64,000 nt of DNA from Terriglobia bacterium. GTDB taxonomy: Bacteria; Acidobacteriota; Terriglobia; Acidiferrales; UBA7541. This document shows, in pieces, positions 53,021 to 63,399 of the stretch. The stretch is from contig OY968796.1 in NCBI GenBank assembly GCA_963695545.1, positions 3,104,001 through 3,168,000 of the forward strand, in the 5' to 3' direction. The notes below the pieces were generated by a model. That model worked only from the letters and a program-made list of their open reading frames with translations, was not told the origin of the DNA and did no database searches. Each line of letters opens with the position of its first letter. The stretch's first letter is position 1. A program made the translations under genes and the position numbers.

Positions 53021-53057
53021 AAAAGGGCTTCCGATGCCAGACTCGGAAGCCCTTTTT
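53021..53057 (+). terminator. Intrinsic terminator, probably the original tRNA-fMet terminator
   Basis: aaaagggcttccga-loop-tcggaagcccttttt starting 18 bp after right att core. Confidence 0.75.
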
Positions 53058-53193
53058 CCTTGTTAGCGCTGATTGTGGCCGTTCTGCCGGTGTCCCGCGC
53101 ATCTAGTCGGAAGGCGCCGGCCCCTCACTCCGTTCGGGCACGCTCCCATCTTCTTCAGTATTTCGTCGCGCGAAGAACGCGTTGCGCCGACCG

Positions 53194-54012
53194 TCAGGCT
53201 TTCTTCGCCTTCCCGGGAGGAACGAGCGCGACCGAGGCCTCGGTGGTGAGCAGCAGGAATGTGAACGTCTCCTGCAGATACAGGCGCACAGCGGTGTCGG
53301 TGTGGCTGAGATAGCCGATCGAGACGTCCTGTCCGATGTGCAGGTCGAAATCTCCGCCGCGCGTGGTCAGCACGAAAGCGCCGCTGATCGCGGGCGCCCA
53401 GATGATGGCATCCTTCACGAGCCGCTTAACATGCTCGAGTACGGGATATCCGTGGTCGCTGGTTTCGGCGAGCGCCGTGTACGCGTCCGCGCCGAGCAAC
53501 ACCGAGTACGGGCCATTGACGCCCACCAGACGAAGTTGGCTCAGGCCTTGCGCAATCGCGTCCGGGTATTCCAGTACGTTTGCGGGGAGCGTCATGATCG
53601 GATTGCTGGTGCCTTGACGAATGCCGCCGATACCCGCGGCGGTGTAGCGATCGAAAATCGCGCAGTCTTCGGCGAAGGCGATTTTCTGCGCGGCGTCCTT
53701 CGCGGGTTGCCAATTCGCGTCGTTCGCGCCGCGCTCAACATCGTCAACGTCTTTGCGCTCCAGCTCGAAGGGAACACGCAGCTCGACCAGCGCCTTAACC
53801 TCGCGTTGTCTTGCAAGGACGCCGTCCGCTGGTGGCGTGATCGTCTTCAGGTGGCCCGTGCCCACGCCGGAGAGACCTGTGCCCGCCGCGGGGTGCACGT
53901 CGACGACGCGGCGACCGGCGATGTAACGCTTGAACGTGCGCGAAGTTTCCTCTTCGATTTGCGCCCACGCGGGGTCGGAAATGGGAGCGAGTTCGCGATG
54001 CAGGTTATTCAT
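53194..54012 (-). CDS. Family 1 encapsulin shell protein (linocin M18-like)
   Basis: MNNLHRELAPIS..AW.QIEEE, GRRVVDV, ELRVPFEL, RGGDFDLHIGQDVSIGY. Confidence 0.95.
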   Translation of the reverse strand: MNNLHRELAPISDPAWAQIEEETSRTFKRYIAGRRVVDVHPAAGTGLSGVGTGHLKTITPPADGVLARQREVKALVELRVPFELERKDVDDVERGANDANWQPAKDAAQKIAFAEDCAIFDRYTAAGIGGIRQGTSNPIMTLPANVLEYPDAIAQGLSQLRLVGVNGPYSVLLGADAYTALAETSDHGYPVLEHVKRLVKDAIIWAPAISGAFVLTTRGGDFDLHIGQDVSIGYLSHTDTAVRLYLQETFTFLLLTTEASVALVPPGKAKKA

Positions 54013-55099
54013 CTTGGCTTTCTCCTTTGAGAGAACCGATGTCGAGCGAACCATCGTTGCTCGGCGAAGTTGTTGGCGCGGTTTCGTCCGCTGACGGTTC
54101 GGCGGAAGGCGCCGCATCGGCAGCCCCGTCGTCGCTCACGTCGTCAAGAAATGTCGCGGACGGCACGAAGAAAAGATTTCCGGTGACCGCGCGGCTGAAG
54201 TCGAGCAGCCGGTCGTAGTTGCCCGGCGGGCGGCCGACGAACATATTCTCGAGCATTAGTTCGATCGTGCGGGCCGAACGACTGTAGCCGATAAAATAAG
54301 TCCCGAATTCAGCTTCGGTGGGCCGGCCAAAGGGCATGTTGTCGCGCAGAATTTGGAGTTGTTTGCCGTTCTCGAAGATGATGTTGAGCGAGCTGTGCGA
54401 GTTGCTCGGCTTGACGGATGCGTCGAGCTCGATATCGGAAAGTTTGTGGCGACCGATGATCCGCTCCTGCGCTTCGACGGGAAGCGCATCCCATCCGGCC
54501 ATATCATGCAGATATTTCTGCACGATCACGTAGCTGCCGCCGGAGAACGCGGCGTCCTCTGCGCCGATCAGCACGGAGTCAACCGCTTCCTGGCCCCGCG
54601 GATTCTCCGTGCCGTCGACGAATCCGATGAGATCGCGATCGTCGAAATAACGGAAGCCGTGCACTTCGTCCGCGGGCGTAACCGAATCGCCGATGCGCGC
54701 CATAATCTGCGTCGCGAGCTCGAAGCACAAATCCATGCGCTTCGCGCGAATGTGAAACAGCAGATCGCCCGGCGTGGATACCGCGTGGCGGTCACCGGAT
54801 CGAATCTCGCGGAATGGATGAAGCTCTGCCGGTCGCGGCGAACCAAACAAGCAGTCCCACGCCTCCGATCCGACGCCCATGATGCAGGAAAGGCCGGCTT
54901 CGAGATCGCGCATCTCCACGGCGCGAACCACCGCGGCGAGGTCCGCGGAGAACGAGCGCAGCGCGGAGCGACTCTCGGAGCCCGGCTTTATGGTCACCAC
55001 CAGGAAAATTGCCGCACGGGTGAGCGGCGCGGAAACCGGCTGCGCGAGAGCGCTCAAACCGGCTGCGGCGTTCTGTGTGCTCTTCGGATCGGGCTCCAT
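54005..55099 (-). CDS. Dye-decolorizing peroxidase with encapsulin targeting peptide
   Basis: DLLFHIRA, GFVDGTENP, ILRDNMPFG; low-complexity linker then DGSLDIGSLKG. Confidence 0.95.
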   Translation of the reverse strand: MEPDPKSTQNAAAGLSALAQPVSAPLTRAAIFLVVTIKPGSESRSALRSFSADLAAVVRAVEMRDLEAGLSCIMGVGSEAWDCLFGSPRPAELHPFREIRSGDRHAVSTPGDLLFHIRAKRMDLCFELATQIMARIGDSVTPADEVHGFRYFDDRDLIGFVDGTENPRGQEAVDSVLIGAEDAAFSGGSYVIVQKYLHDMAGWDALPVEAQERIIGRHKLSDIELDASVKPSNSHSSLNIIFENGKQLQILRDNMPFGRPTEAEFGTYFIGYSRSARTIELMLENMFVGRPPGNYDRLLDFSRAVTGNLFFVPSATFLDDVSDDGAADAAPSAEPSADETAPTTSPSNDGSLDIGSLKGESQDE

Positions 55100-55253
55100 C
55101 GGATCTCATCCTGGCGGAGCGCGCGGAATTCCGATCCGCGAAACACCGCGCCTGCCACACGCGCTGAGGTCAAGCGCCGAAGCTTAGCATCGTCGGCGGA
55201 CGAACGTCCAGACTGCCGGCGAATCGACTCAAGCAACGCAAGGCGCAGCGAGG

Positions 55254-56306
55254 CTAGGCGCGCGCGGAGTTTGCCGTCAGCGCTTTGCGGACGATGGGCG
55301 CGACGCGCGTGCCCAGAATCTCGATCGCGCGCAACATCTTCGGATGCGGAAGCGTCGAGACGCCCATTTGAAACGTGATGCGCGAAAGGCCGCCAAGCAC
55401 ATCGTTCACGTACAGGATTTTCTTCGCCACGGTTTCGGCGTCGCCGATCAGGAGCGCGCCCGTAGGTCCGCGCACCCCATCGAATTGCGCGCGGGTTGTC
55501 GGTGGCCAGCCGCGTTCTTTGCCGATCTCGGTGAAGGTGTGCGCGTATCCCGGGAAAAAATCGTCCGCGGCTTGCTTGGTGGTGTCCCCGAGAAAACCGA
55601 TGGAGTGAAGACCCACAATGAGTTTTTCGGGGGAGTGGCCGGCGCGGCGGCCTGCTTCGCGGTAGAGATCGATCAGAGGACGGAATCGTTTCGGCTCGCC
55701 GCCGATGATCGCGACCATCAAGGGAAGTCCGAGCATTCCCGCGCGGACGAAGGATTCCGGCGTGCCCCCGACGCCCACCCAAATCGGCAGAGGATTTTGC
55801 AGCGCACGCGGGTAGATCGATTGTCCCGTGAGTGGCGCGCGGTGCTTTCCGGACCAGTGGACTTCCGTGTTGTCTCGGATTTTCAGGAGCAGATCGAGTT
55901 TTTCGGAGAACAGCGAGTCGTAGTCTTCGAGACGCAAACCGAAGAGCGGATAGGATTCGACAAACGAGCCGCGGCCCGCGACGATCTCCGCGCGGCCGCG
56001 CGAGACCAGATCCAGAGTGGCGAATTCCTGAAAGACGCGCACCGGATCCGCCGCGCTGAGAACTGTGACTGCGCTGGTGAGGCGAATATTGTTTGTGCGC
56101 GCGGCGGCGGCGGACAGAATCACCACCGGAGCGGAGTCAAGAAACTCCGGCCGGTGATGTTCGCCGATGCCGAAAACTTCAAGACCCACCTTGTCGGCAA
56201 GCTCGATTTCTTCCAGAAGGTGCTGCATGCGATCGACGGGGCTGAGAGTGAGGCCCGTGGTAGGGTCCGAGATGGCTGCCGCGAAGCTGTCCACTCCGAT
56301 TTGCAT
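55254..56306 (-). CDS. LLM-class flavin-dependent oxidoreductase
   Basis: GIGEHHR, RLTSAVTVLS, DPVRVFQEFATLDLVSRGR. Confidence 0.93.
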   Translation of the reverse strand: MQIGVDSFAAAISDPTTGLTLSPVDRMQHLLEEIELADKVGLEVFGIGEHHRPEFLDSAPVVILSAAAARTNNIRLTSAVTVLSAADPVRVFQEFATLDLVSRGRAEIVAGRGSFVESYPLFGLRLEDYDSLFSEKLDLLLKIRDNTEVHWSGKHRAPLTGQSIYPRALQNPLPIWVGVGGTPESFVRAGMLGLPLMVAIIGGEPKRFRPLIDLYREAGRRAGHSPEKLIVGLHSIGFLGDTTKQAADDFFPGYAHTFTEIGKERGWPPTTRAQFDGVRGPTGALLIGDAETVAKKILYVNDVLGGLSRITFQMGVSTLPHPKMLRAIEILGTRVAPIVRKALTANSARA

Positions 56307-56414
56307 ATGCGCGGCTCCTGATCAGCCGTCCTCGATTGGATGCCGAAGTCGCGTAATCGTCGCAAGCCCGTGCAGGAACTCTCTGATCGGGACCTCGCGC
56401 GGGTCTCGCTGTCG

Positions 56415-57350
56415 TTAAAAGCTGTAGCTGATTCCAAGCGAGAGCACGGGATAAAATTTCAAGATCGAGAGCTTGTGGTCGAGCTTAGTTTCCTGCGCGA
56501 GAACACTGGCCTGTATAGATGGGCTGGTGACCGTGTTCGCACAGGTGGGACCCTCGCTGTTGGGCGGGGTGCAAGCGAATCCGCTCAGATCAAGTGAGAC
56601 ATCCGGCGATCCCTGGAAGGCCACTCCGCCCTCGAAGTCGATGCCCCAGCGCCGGCGGTCGCGGCCGCGAGGAACCAGATTCCCGATTCCCACGAGAATT
56701 TCTGGAGCGACCTTGTTTACGGTGAGACCGGCGTCCACGGCAACGGGTGATGACCTGCTGCTCTCATAGGTCGTGCCGCCGATGATGAATCCCTGACCGC
56801 CGGCAACCAAGGCAGTCTCCCTCGCGTTGTTGTCGTCATAGAGGAGCAGGCCGGGGCTCACATGAATATTGCGGAACACGAAGTAGTCAAAATTCGCGTT
56901 CACCGATCGCAGGTTCAAGTTCCCTGTATAGAAGATGCCGTCGTTGGTCAACGAGCCGTGATAGTCGAATAGATCCAAGCCCACTCGAACATTGGCTCGT
57001 TGCAAAACTTGCACCGCAAATTGCCCGCCGATACCCAGCGTGGACGCGTCGGCGCCGAATCCGAATCTGAACCAGCAACACGAACCCGCAGGCTGAGCCT
57101 GGGGAGCGGCCGGCGAGGGGGCGGCGGGCGCGGCCGGCAGATTTGCGACTGGCGCGAATAGCGTGGACGAAAACGCCGCGTCGGCGGGCGGCGTCGGGTC
57201 CGACGATGCGGCGCTTGCGTCGGATGCAACGCCGGCGTTGTCAGCGCCGGCGAAACAGACATTTGGCAAAAGGCCCGCGAAACCAAACACCAGTAGCACG
57301 ACAGCAAGTAGCGACAATCGTCTCAACGCACCCTCCGGGGGCCGGACCAA
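56415..57350 (-). CDS. Outer-membrane beta-barrel protein
   Basis: Signal peptide, Pro/Ala linker, STLGIG, amphipathic strands, terminal LGISYSF. Confidence 0.8.
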   Translation of the reverse strand: MVRPPEGALRRLSLLAVVLLVFGFAGLLPNVCFAGADNAGVASDASAASSDPTPPADAAFSSTLFAPVANLPAAPAAPSPAAPQAQPAGSCCWFRFGFGADASTLGIGGQFAVQVLQRANVRVGLDLFDYHGSLTNDGIFYTGNLNLRSVNANFDYFVFRNIHVSPGLLLYDDNNARETALVAGGQGFIIGGTTYESSRSSPVAVDAGLTVNKVAPEILVGIGNLVPRGRDRRRWGIDFEGGVAFQGSPDVSLDLSGFACTPPNSEGPTCANTVTSPSIQASVLAQETKLDHKLSILKFYPVLSLGISYSF

Positions 57351-57594
57351 ACATCATCGCACACAGTATGGGATGCGTTTGCAAAACTATGCTATGCCAA
57401 CGCCGGCGCCTGAGGGTGGGAGAACGCGCCTTTCCCAACTGCTTTTGATGCGTCTAGTAGCACATGCGGCGGTATCGCGGAAGTGTGATCGCTCTGGTTT
57501 GTGCTTTCGGGCAAAACATTGGAGGCAAGAAGTATCGAAGATATATGCAAAATTGCGTATTGGGTGCAAGAATCTCTCGGTGGGGGAGAAGTAC

Positions 57595-58002
57595 ATGGAG
57601 CCAGATCAATCGGCGATTGCGTTTCGGTGTTCGATCGCGCCGTGGTTGTCGGTTCGGGAGAGCGCCAAGGCTGTCGAGTTTTACAAATCGGCGCTTGGAG
57701 CGATCGAAGTTTTTCGGCTGGAGGGCCGCGGAGGCGTGGTCGCAAGACTCTCCGTGGACGGTGCCGAGTTCTGGGTCAGCGACGAATCGCCGGAACACGG
57801 CAACTTTAGCCCCATGTCACTCGGCGGGGGATCGGTACGCATGATACTAACGGTTGCGGACCCGGATTCGCTTTTCGCGCGAGCGCTCGGCGCTGGCGCC
57901 ACCGAGGTGTATCCCGTGAGCGAAGGGCACGGTTGGCGGGTGGGGCGCGTGCTGGATCCGTACGGGCATCACTGGGAGATTGGCCGTCCGCTTGCGCGCT
58001 AG
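57595..58002 (+). CDS. VOC/glyoxalase (PhnB-like) protein
   Basis: AVEFYKSALGA, DPYGHHWEI. Confidence 0.88.
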   Translation: MEPDQSAIAFRCSIAPWLSVRESAKAVEFYKSALGAIEVFRLEGRGGVVARLSVDGAEFWVSDESPEHGNFSPMSLGGGSVRMILTVADPDSLFARALGAGATEVYPVSEGHGWRVGRVLDPYGHHWEIGRPLAR

Positions 58003-58036
58003 TTGGCGTCCGCCGCCGTAATTCGGTCGCGAAGGA

Positions 58037-58411
58037 TTAGGGATGCTGAGCGATGGAGAGAATATTTCCGTCGGGATCTTTGAACCACGCGACCTTGTCG
58101 CCGTTGGGCGTGGTCCAAATTCCGAGTTCGCGATCCTGGACCCATGGATATTTTTCGAGCGCAACGCCGCGATCGGCGAGCCATTTGGCGACGGCTACGA
58201 TGTCGGCAACTTCCCATCCGAGAATCGTGGCTTGCAGCGGAGTGAAATTGGGCGGCTTGGCGATACGAATTTTGTGGCCGCCGATAGTCATGACCAGCGC
58301 GTATTGATCGAGGCTCACAAAATCGAAGCCCAGCTTGCCCTCGTAAAACGCGCGCGCCTTGTCATAGTCCGTCGTCGGGATGAATCCGACCATTTTTCCC
58401 GAAGCCAGCAT
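58037..58411 (-). CDS. VOC/glyoxalase protein
   Basis: DKARAFYEGKLG, AWFKDPDGNILS. Confidence 0.9.
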   Translation of the reverse strand: MLASGKMVGFIPTTDYDKARAFYEGKLGFDFVSLDQYALVMTIGGHKIRIAKPPNFTPLQATILGWEVADIVAVAKWLADRGVALEKYPWVQDRELGIWTTPNGDKVAWFKDPDGNILSIAQHP

Positions 58412-58521
58412 TTTTTGGCTCCCCCTTCCACTTGAAGATATTCTAACTCCATGTTTTCATGCATGGACAGTCGGCCCGAATCCCAGCGCGTCCGATACGT
58501 CGGAGATTTGAGGGGGACGTG

Positions 58522-59082
58522 ATGAACGAGGTAAAGAGTTTAGGCAGCCGCGACAATGCACCGACGCGACGGCAGGTGATCGCCGGCGCGGCCATCGCGT
58601 TTGGCGGATTGGCCGCAGGCGCGGCGGTTCGGGGTCAGGCCTCGCAACCTGCGATGCAGGAGGCGCCGAGCACGGCGGCCAACTACCCTCGCACATTTCT
58701 TCACCAGGAAGTCGATTTCAAGGCGAGTCCGCAACGAATTTACGAAGCGCTGCTCGATTCAAAGCAATTCGCAGCGTTCACGGGCTTGTCGGCCGCAATC
58801 GATCCTTCCGAGGGCGGAGCGTTTTCGACGTTCGGCGGGTTGATCGCGGGACGTAATATCGAGCTCGTGCCCAACCAGCGAATCGTTCAGGCGTGGCGGC
58901 CAACGCATTGGGATCCGGGCGTGTATTCGATCGTGAAGTTTGAATTGAAGCCGGCAGCGTCAGGGACGACGATTATTTTGGATCATACCGGATTTCCCGA
59001 AGGGGATTTCGATGGTCTCGACTCCGGCTGGCCCGTGAGATACTGGAAGCCGCTGGCCACATTTCTCGCGCAGCAACCGTAG
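58522..59082 (+). CDS. SRPBCC/AHSA1-like protein with Tat signal
   Basis: TRRQVI + hydrophobic helix; ASPQRIYEAL, GGAF, VPNQRIVQAW, GW..RYW. Confidence 0.85.
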   Translation: MNEVKSLGSRDNAPTRRQVIAGAAIAFGGLAAGAAVRGQASQPAMQEAPSTAANYPRTFLHQEVDFKASPQRIYEALLDSKQFAAFTGLSAAIDPSEGGAFSTFGGLIAGRNIELVPNQRIVQAWRPTHWDPGVYSIVKFELKPAASGTTIILDHTGFPEGDFDGLDSGWPVRYWKPLATFLAQQP

Positions 59083-59124
59083 ATCGGGCAGGGAAAACTT
59101 AGACCAGCCGATATCTCAAGCGGG

Positions 59125-59436
59125 CTAGCCGCCGGCGATCGCGCCGATGATCAGAAAAGGCTCTTCCCCGGAGGCGACTCGATCGGGCAGCGGCGCGTCC
59201 GGCGATTCGTGAGAAAGATCTTCCTGGCACGCAAAGAAGCGCAGGAATGGGCGGCGCTGTTGCGTGACGTGATCGCGAATGGTTCCTTGCAATAGCGGAT
59301 AGCACGCTTCAAGCGCGTCAAGTACGGAGCGCTGCGTCGGCGTGCCTACGACCTCGATCGAAACCTCGCTGCCCACATGCGCGAGCGTCCTGAGATGCGC
59401 GGGGAGAACTACGTGAATTGTTTGCTTCGCTTGCAT
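59125..59436 (-). CDS. MoaD/ThiS ubiquitin-like protein
   Basis: [22 protein letters not shown]-terminal AIAGG. Confidence 0.88.
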   Translation of the reverse strand: MQAKQTIHVVLPAHLRTLAHVGSEVSIEVVGTPTQRSVLDALEACYPLLQGTIRDHVTQQRRPFLRFFACQEDLSHESPDAPLPDRVASGEEPFLIIGAIAGG

Positions 59437-59453
59437 TGCTAACGGCACCGGCG

Positions 59454-60569
59454 TCACGCGAGCGTTTGGACCTCGACCGAGAGCACGGCCGGAAGATCGT
59501 GCACAATCGGCAGGAAATTCTCGCCGGCGTCGGGTGAAACATAAACCTGTCCGCCGGTCGTGCCGAAATACACGCCGCACGAATCGAGCGTGTCCACGGC
59601 CATCGCGTCGCGCAGAACATTCACGTAGCAATCGCTCTGCGGCAGTCCCCTCGTAAGCGGCTCCCATTCATTTCCGCCGGTGCGGCTGCGATACACGCGC
59701 AGTTTTCCATCGAGCGGGAAATGTTCGGAATCACTCTTGATCGGGACCACATAAATCGTTTCCGGTTCGTGCGCGTGCACGTCGATGGCGAATCCGAAGT
59801 CCGTGGGCAGATTGCCGCTGACTTCTTGCCACGAATCGCCGGCGTTGTCGCTGCGCATCACGTCCCAGTGTTTCTGCATGAAGAGCACGTTCGGGCGCGA
59901 GCCGTGCATGGCGATGTGATGAACGCAGTGGCCCACCTCGGCCGTGGGATCGGGAATGTGTTCGGATCTCAGTCCTTGATTGATCGCCTTCCAGGTTTTG
60001 CCGCCGTCGTCGGTGCGGAATGCGCCCGCGGCCGAAATCGCAATGTAGATTCGCGCCGGATCGCTTGGATCGAGAAGAATCGTGTGCAGGCACAGTCCGC
60101 CGGCGCCCGGTTGCCAGCGCGGCCCGGTGTTGTTTTCGCGCAGTCCGGGCAATTCCTGCCACGTTTGCCCCGCGTCAGTCGAATGAAACAACGCGGCATC
60201 CTCCGCGCCCGCATAGATCGCATCGGGATCGGTCAGTGAGGGCTCGAGATGCCAGACGCGCTTGAATTCCCATGGATGCGGGGTGCCGTCGTACCACTGG
60301 TGCGTACCGGGAACGCCGTCGTAAACAAATTTATTCCCGACAGCCTCCCACGTTTTGCCGCCGTCGCTCGAGCGCTGAATGAGCTGGCCGAACCAGCCGG
60401 TCGATTGCGACGCGTAAAGGCGATTCGGATCGGCTGGCGAGCCTTTAAGGTGATAAATCTCCCAGCCGGCAAAGTGCGGGCCACTGACGCTCCACTGCGC
60501 GCGCTTGCCGTCGGATGTGAGAATGAACGCGCCTTTGCGCGTTCCAACCAGTACGCGGACCGTGCTCAT
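59454..60569 (-). CDS. BNR/Asp-box beta-propeller (sialidase-like) protein
   Basis: Repeated S/T-x-D-x-G-x-T/S-W boxes; VGTRKGAF start; no signal peptide. Confidence 0.88.
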   Translation of the reverse strand: MSTVRVLVGTRKGAFILTSDGKRAQWSVSGPHFAGWEIYHLKGSPADPNRLYASQSTGWFGQLIQRSSDGGKTWEAVGNKFVYDGVPGTHQWYDGTPHPWEFKRVWHLEPSLTDPDAIYAGAEDAALFHSTDAGQTWQELPGLRENNTGPRWQPGAGGLCLHTILLDPSDPARIYIAISAAGAFRTDDGGKTWKAINQGLRSEHIPDPTAEVGHCVHHIAMHGSRPNVLFMQKHWDVMRSDNAGDSWQEVSGNLPTDFGFAIDVHAHEPETIYVVPIKSDSEHFPLDGKLRVYRSRTGGNEWEPLTRGLPQSDCYVNVLRDAMAVDTLDSCGVYFGTTGGQVYVSPDAGENFLPIVHDLPAVLSVEVQTLA

Positions 60570-60817
60570 GGATGGCTCCTTGCGTTGCTTCGCGAATTAC
60601 GTCGCAACATATCAATTTAATCCGCGCGCTGCAAGTTCCGGCGTTGCGTCTGGCGAACAATTCGATTCAATTCACGCAGCGAAATGCCCGTGCGCGCGCA
60701 TCGCAACATCCCGGGTTACGGGATAAGCAAGCCGCGCGGGCGGGTCCATGGACAGCGGCGCGCAAGTGTGACAAAAGTGAACGATGCGCATTTTAGCGAG
60801 AGGTGAGTCGTAGAAAC

Positions 60818-62083
60818 ATGTCTTCGCGCGCCAAAATTGCGATTCAGGTGTTCGTGTCCTGCGTTCTCATCGCTGCAGCTTTGGTGTTTGGGCTCAGCAT
60901 CAAATTCTTTGTTTTGGCGCTGCTCGGCCAGTTTTTCGCGCTGGGACTGGCCAGCGCCACGATCGTCCATCTGAGGGTTCGGCCGCGCCGCGAAGATGTG
61001 CTGTTCGTGCTTCTTTTCGCCGCATTGCTTTCGGTGATTGTGTTCTGGAGTTTCGAGCTCAGGCTCAGCTTCAAGGTCGCGCTGGCTTTTGTTGGGCTCG
61101 CAAGCTTCACGGTCATGGGTATCCGGACCATCTGGGCGCGCGGCGAAGAGCGCACGCTTTTGTGGTGGGCCTATCTACCGGCGCTGCTTTTTCTAGGCTC
61201 GTTGTGGATTGCGCCACCATTGCTGAATCTCACCGAGAGGCTTTGTCCGAGGACGCTCGATTTGTACTTGTACTCGTTTGATTGCAGCCTGCATATCCAG
61301 CCAAGTTTCCTGGTGGGGCAGCTATTCTGGAAGTTGCCGTGGCTGAGGACCGTGAGCATCGACTTCTATCTAGGCCTGTCCGTCATTATCGCACTTACTT
61401 ACGTGGAAAGTTTGTTGCTCCAGGGGAAGAAGGCGCTCTCGGTGATGCTCGCTCTGCTGTATCTCGGGCCCATCGGATGGATTTTCTACAATGTTTTTCC
61501 GGCATGTGGCCCCGGCCATCTTTTCCCCGCGATCTTCCCGCTCCACCCACTTTCGATCGCCGAAGCCGCGCGCCTCTCGCTGCACTCCGTTGCGGTGCCA
61601 AGCCCGCGGAACGCCATTCCTTCGTTGCATATGTCGTGGGTTTTGCTGGCGTGGTGGTACGCGAAGAATTTTTCACCGTGGGTGAAAGCGATCTCGCTTT
61701 CGTTTGTGATCTTCACGGTGCTCGCGACGCTCGGCACGGGCGAGCACTATTTCATCGATCTGGTTGTGGCGTTTCCGTTCACCCTTATGTTGTACGCTCT
61801 GTTCTGCTTCGCATTGCGGTGGGATAGCAGGGAGCGCGCGATGGGTTTCCTCGGCGGCTTGCTGGGAGTGCTTCTCTGGTTTGCGCTGCTCCGTTATGCG
61901 AACCCCATGTTTTGGATTTCGCCGCTCGTTCCCTGGAGCCTCGTTGCAGCGACGATCGCTCTCGTTCAATTGCAGAAAAATCGCATTCTCGCCGCTGCCA
62001 GCGTTCCCTCGTGCGCCTCCGCCGAGCAGGTCGCGATCGTGGGTTCTTCCATCGGCGATGCGGCGTCCGTGTCGGCCGATTGA
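60818..62083 (+). CDS. PAP2-family (Aur1/IPC-synthase-like) membrane protein
   Basis: Many TM helices; PACGP, AIPSLH, HYFIDL motifs. Confidence 0.8.
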   Translation: MSSRAKIAIQVFVSCVLIAAALVFGLSIKFFVLALLGQFFALGLASATIVHLRVRPRREDVLFVLLFAALLSVIVFWSFELRLSFKVALAFVGLASFTVMGIRTIWARGEERTLLWWAYLPALLFLGSLWIAPPLLNLTERLCPRTLDLYLYSFDCSLHIQPSFLVGQLFWKLPWLRTVSIDFYLGLSVIIALTYVESLLLQGKKALSVMLALLYLGPIGWIFYNVFPACGPGHLFPAIFPLHPLSIAEAARLSLHSVAVPSPRNAIPSLHMSWVLLAWWYAKNFSPWVKAISLSFVIFTVLATLGTGEHYFIDLVVAFPFTLMLYALFCFALRWDSRERAMGFLGGLLGVLLWFALLRYANPMFWISPLVPWSLVAATIALVQLQKNRILAAASVPSCASAEQVAIVGSSIGDAASVSAD

Positions 62084-62239
62084 CCGGAGCCGCCCTTCCT
62101 CCCGAATTCTTCTGAGCGAAATCCATTCTGTCTCGTGCGCCGGTGAATCAAGACGAGCCGGTGTGATCGGCGTGTGTGCTATAAGTGTCTGCGCTTCGCG
62201 CCGATGCGAAGGCGGATCAAAGGCGTGGGAGGGAGCGTA

Positions 62240-63310
62240 ATGATCAATCGACAAATACTGTTGTCTCTTGTGCTCGCGTTCGTCACGCTCGTCGGGGTCT
62301 CGCCGCTGTGCGCTCAATATGCTCCAGCTCCCGATGTGTACACCGTCACGGAGACCACCGCGATGATGGGGCCGGGCGAGACGATGAAAGTTTATCGCGA
62401 CGGCTCGAAAGCCGTCATCGACATCATCCCCGCCGCCGGGGCGGCTGCGGGCGTGACTCCCGCGCGCTCGTTCTACGATTTGCAGGCGCACACCAGCATC
62501 AGCTGGGACCCGACGTCCACCGCCGTCACGTGTGGCCAGGGCACGTTCTCCGGCGATTGGGGCGATCCCTTTGCCGGCGCCGCTGACCAGGCTTCCGACC
62601 TTGCGAAGCAGGGCGCGAAAAAAGTGGGCACGGAATCGATCGACGGATTTTCAACGGACGTGTACACGTTCCTCGAGCCGACGACCAAGACTGCGTATAA
62701 GGCGTGGGTCGATACGAAGTACGGTCTTATCGTGAAGCTGCAGGCGGGCGATCAAGTACTCCAGGAGATCACGCAGCTCAGCTTGGCCCCGCCGCCCGCT
62801 TCGATATTCGTGCTGCCCGCGGCGTGCGCCAATTTGCCGCCGATTTTGACGGACACCCAGAAGATCGCCGCGGAAACCGGCGGCAACGGCGATAACTACG
62901 TGTATGCGCACTTGCCTCCGCCTGAGGGATCGACGAACTCCTGCACGGTGGCCTTCAAGGTTGTGCAGGCCGGCACATTGAAGCCGGTCGAGATCAACTA
63001 CGCTGTGGGCCTCGATCTCGACCAGAACTCCAACGGCGGCTATAGCGTGGGCGAGGGCCTTGCCGGAACTGCGAAGTTTTCAGGCGGCGCGATCAAAGAC
63101 GTATCGGCGCAAAAACGCAATGGAGTGCTGCGCATTCCGTATGCGCCGCCGCATTTCTATATGGACGTCGAATTCGGCGACGCCGGGTCCGCTTCTGCGT
63201 TGCTCTACAGGCAATGCTTCGGGCCCGAGACCACTCTCTTGCTGGTCCTCAAAAGTCCCGACAACCTTTCCGACGGCGCCGATTGGTTGTGGTCCAAAAC
63301 CGGGAAGTAG
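62240..63310 (+). CDS. Secreted hypothetical protein (DUF4412-like N-terminal part)
   Basis: GGGAG RBS, signal peptide, KVGTESIDGFSTDVY and PASIFVLP motifs. Confidence 0.7.
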   Translation: MINRQILLSLVLAFVTLVGVSPLCAQYAPAPDVYTVTETTAMMGPGETMKVYRDGSKAVIDIIPAAGAAAGVTPARSFYDLQAHTSISWDPTSTAVTCGQGTFSGDWGDPFAGAADQASDLAKQGAKKVGTESIDGFSTDVYTFLEPTTKTAYKAWVDTKYGLIVKLQAGDQVLQEITQLSLAPPPASIFVLPAACANLPPILTDTQKIAAETGGNGDNYVYAHLPPPEGSTNSCTVAFKVVQAGTLKPVEINYAVGLDLDQNSNGGYSVGEGLAGTAKFSGGAIKDVSAQKRNGVLRIPYAPPHFYMDVEFGDAGSASALLYRQCFGPETTLLLVLKSPDNLSDGADWLWSKTGK

Positions 63311-63353
63311 GATCTTCTTCTGTTCGTTTCGCGAGAACTCTGCAAGCCGAGGA

Positions 63354-63380
63354 GCGCGCCGGAAAAAGTTTCCAGCGCGC
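63354..63380. terminator. Hairpin between convergent genes
   Basis: gcgcgccggaaa...tttccagcgcgc imperfect inverted repeat. Confidence 0.45.
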
Positions 63381-63399
63381 CCCCCACATTTCGTGACGC

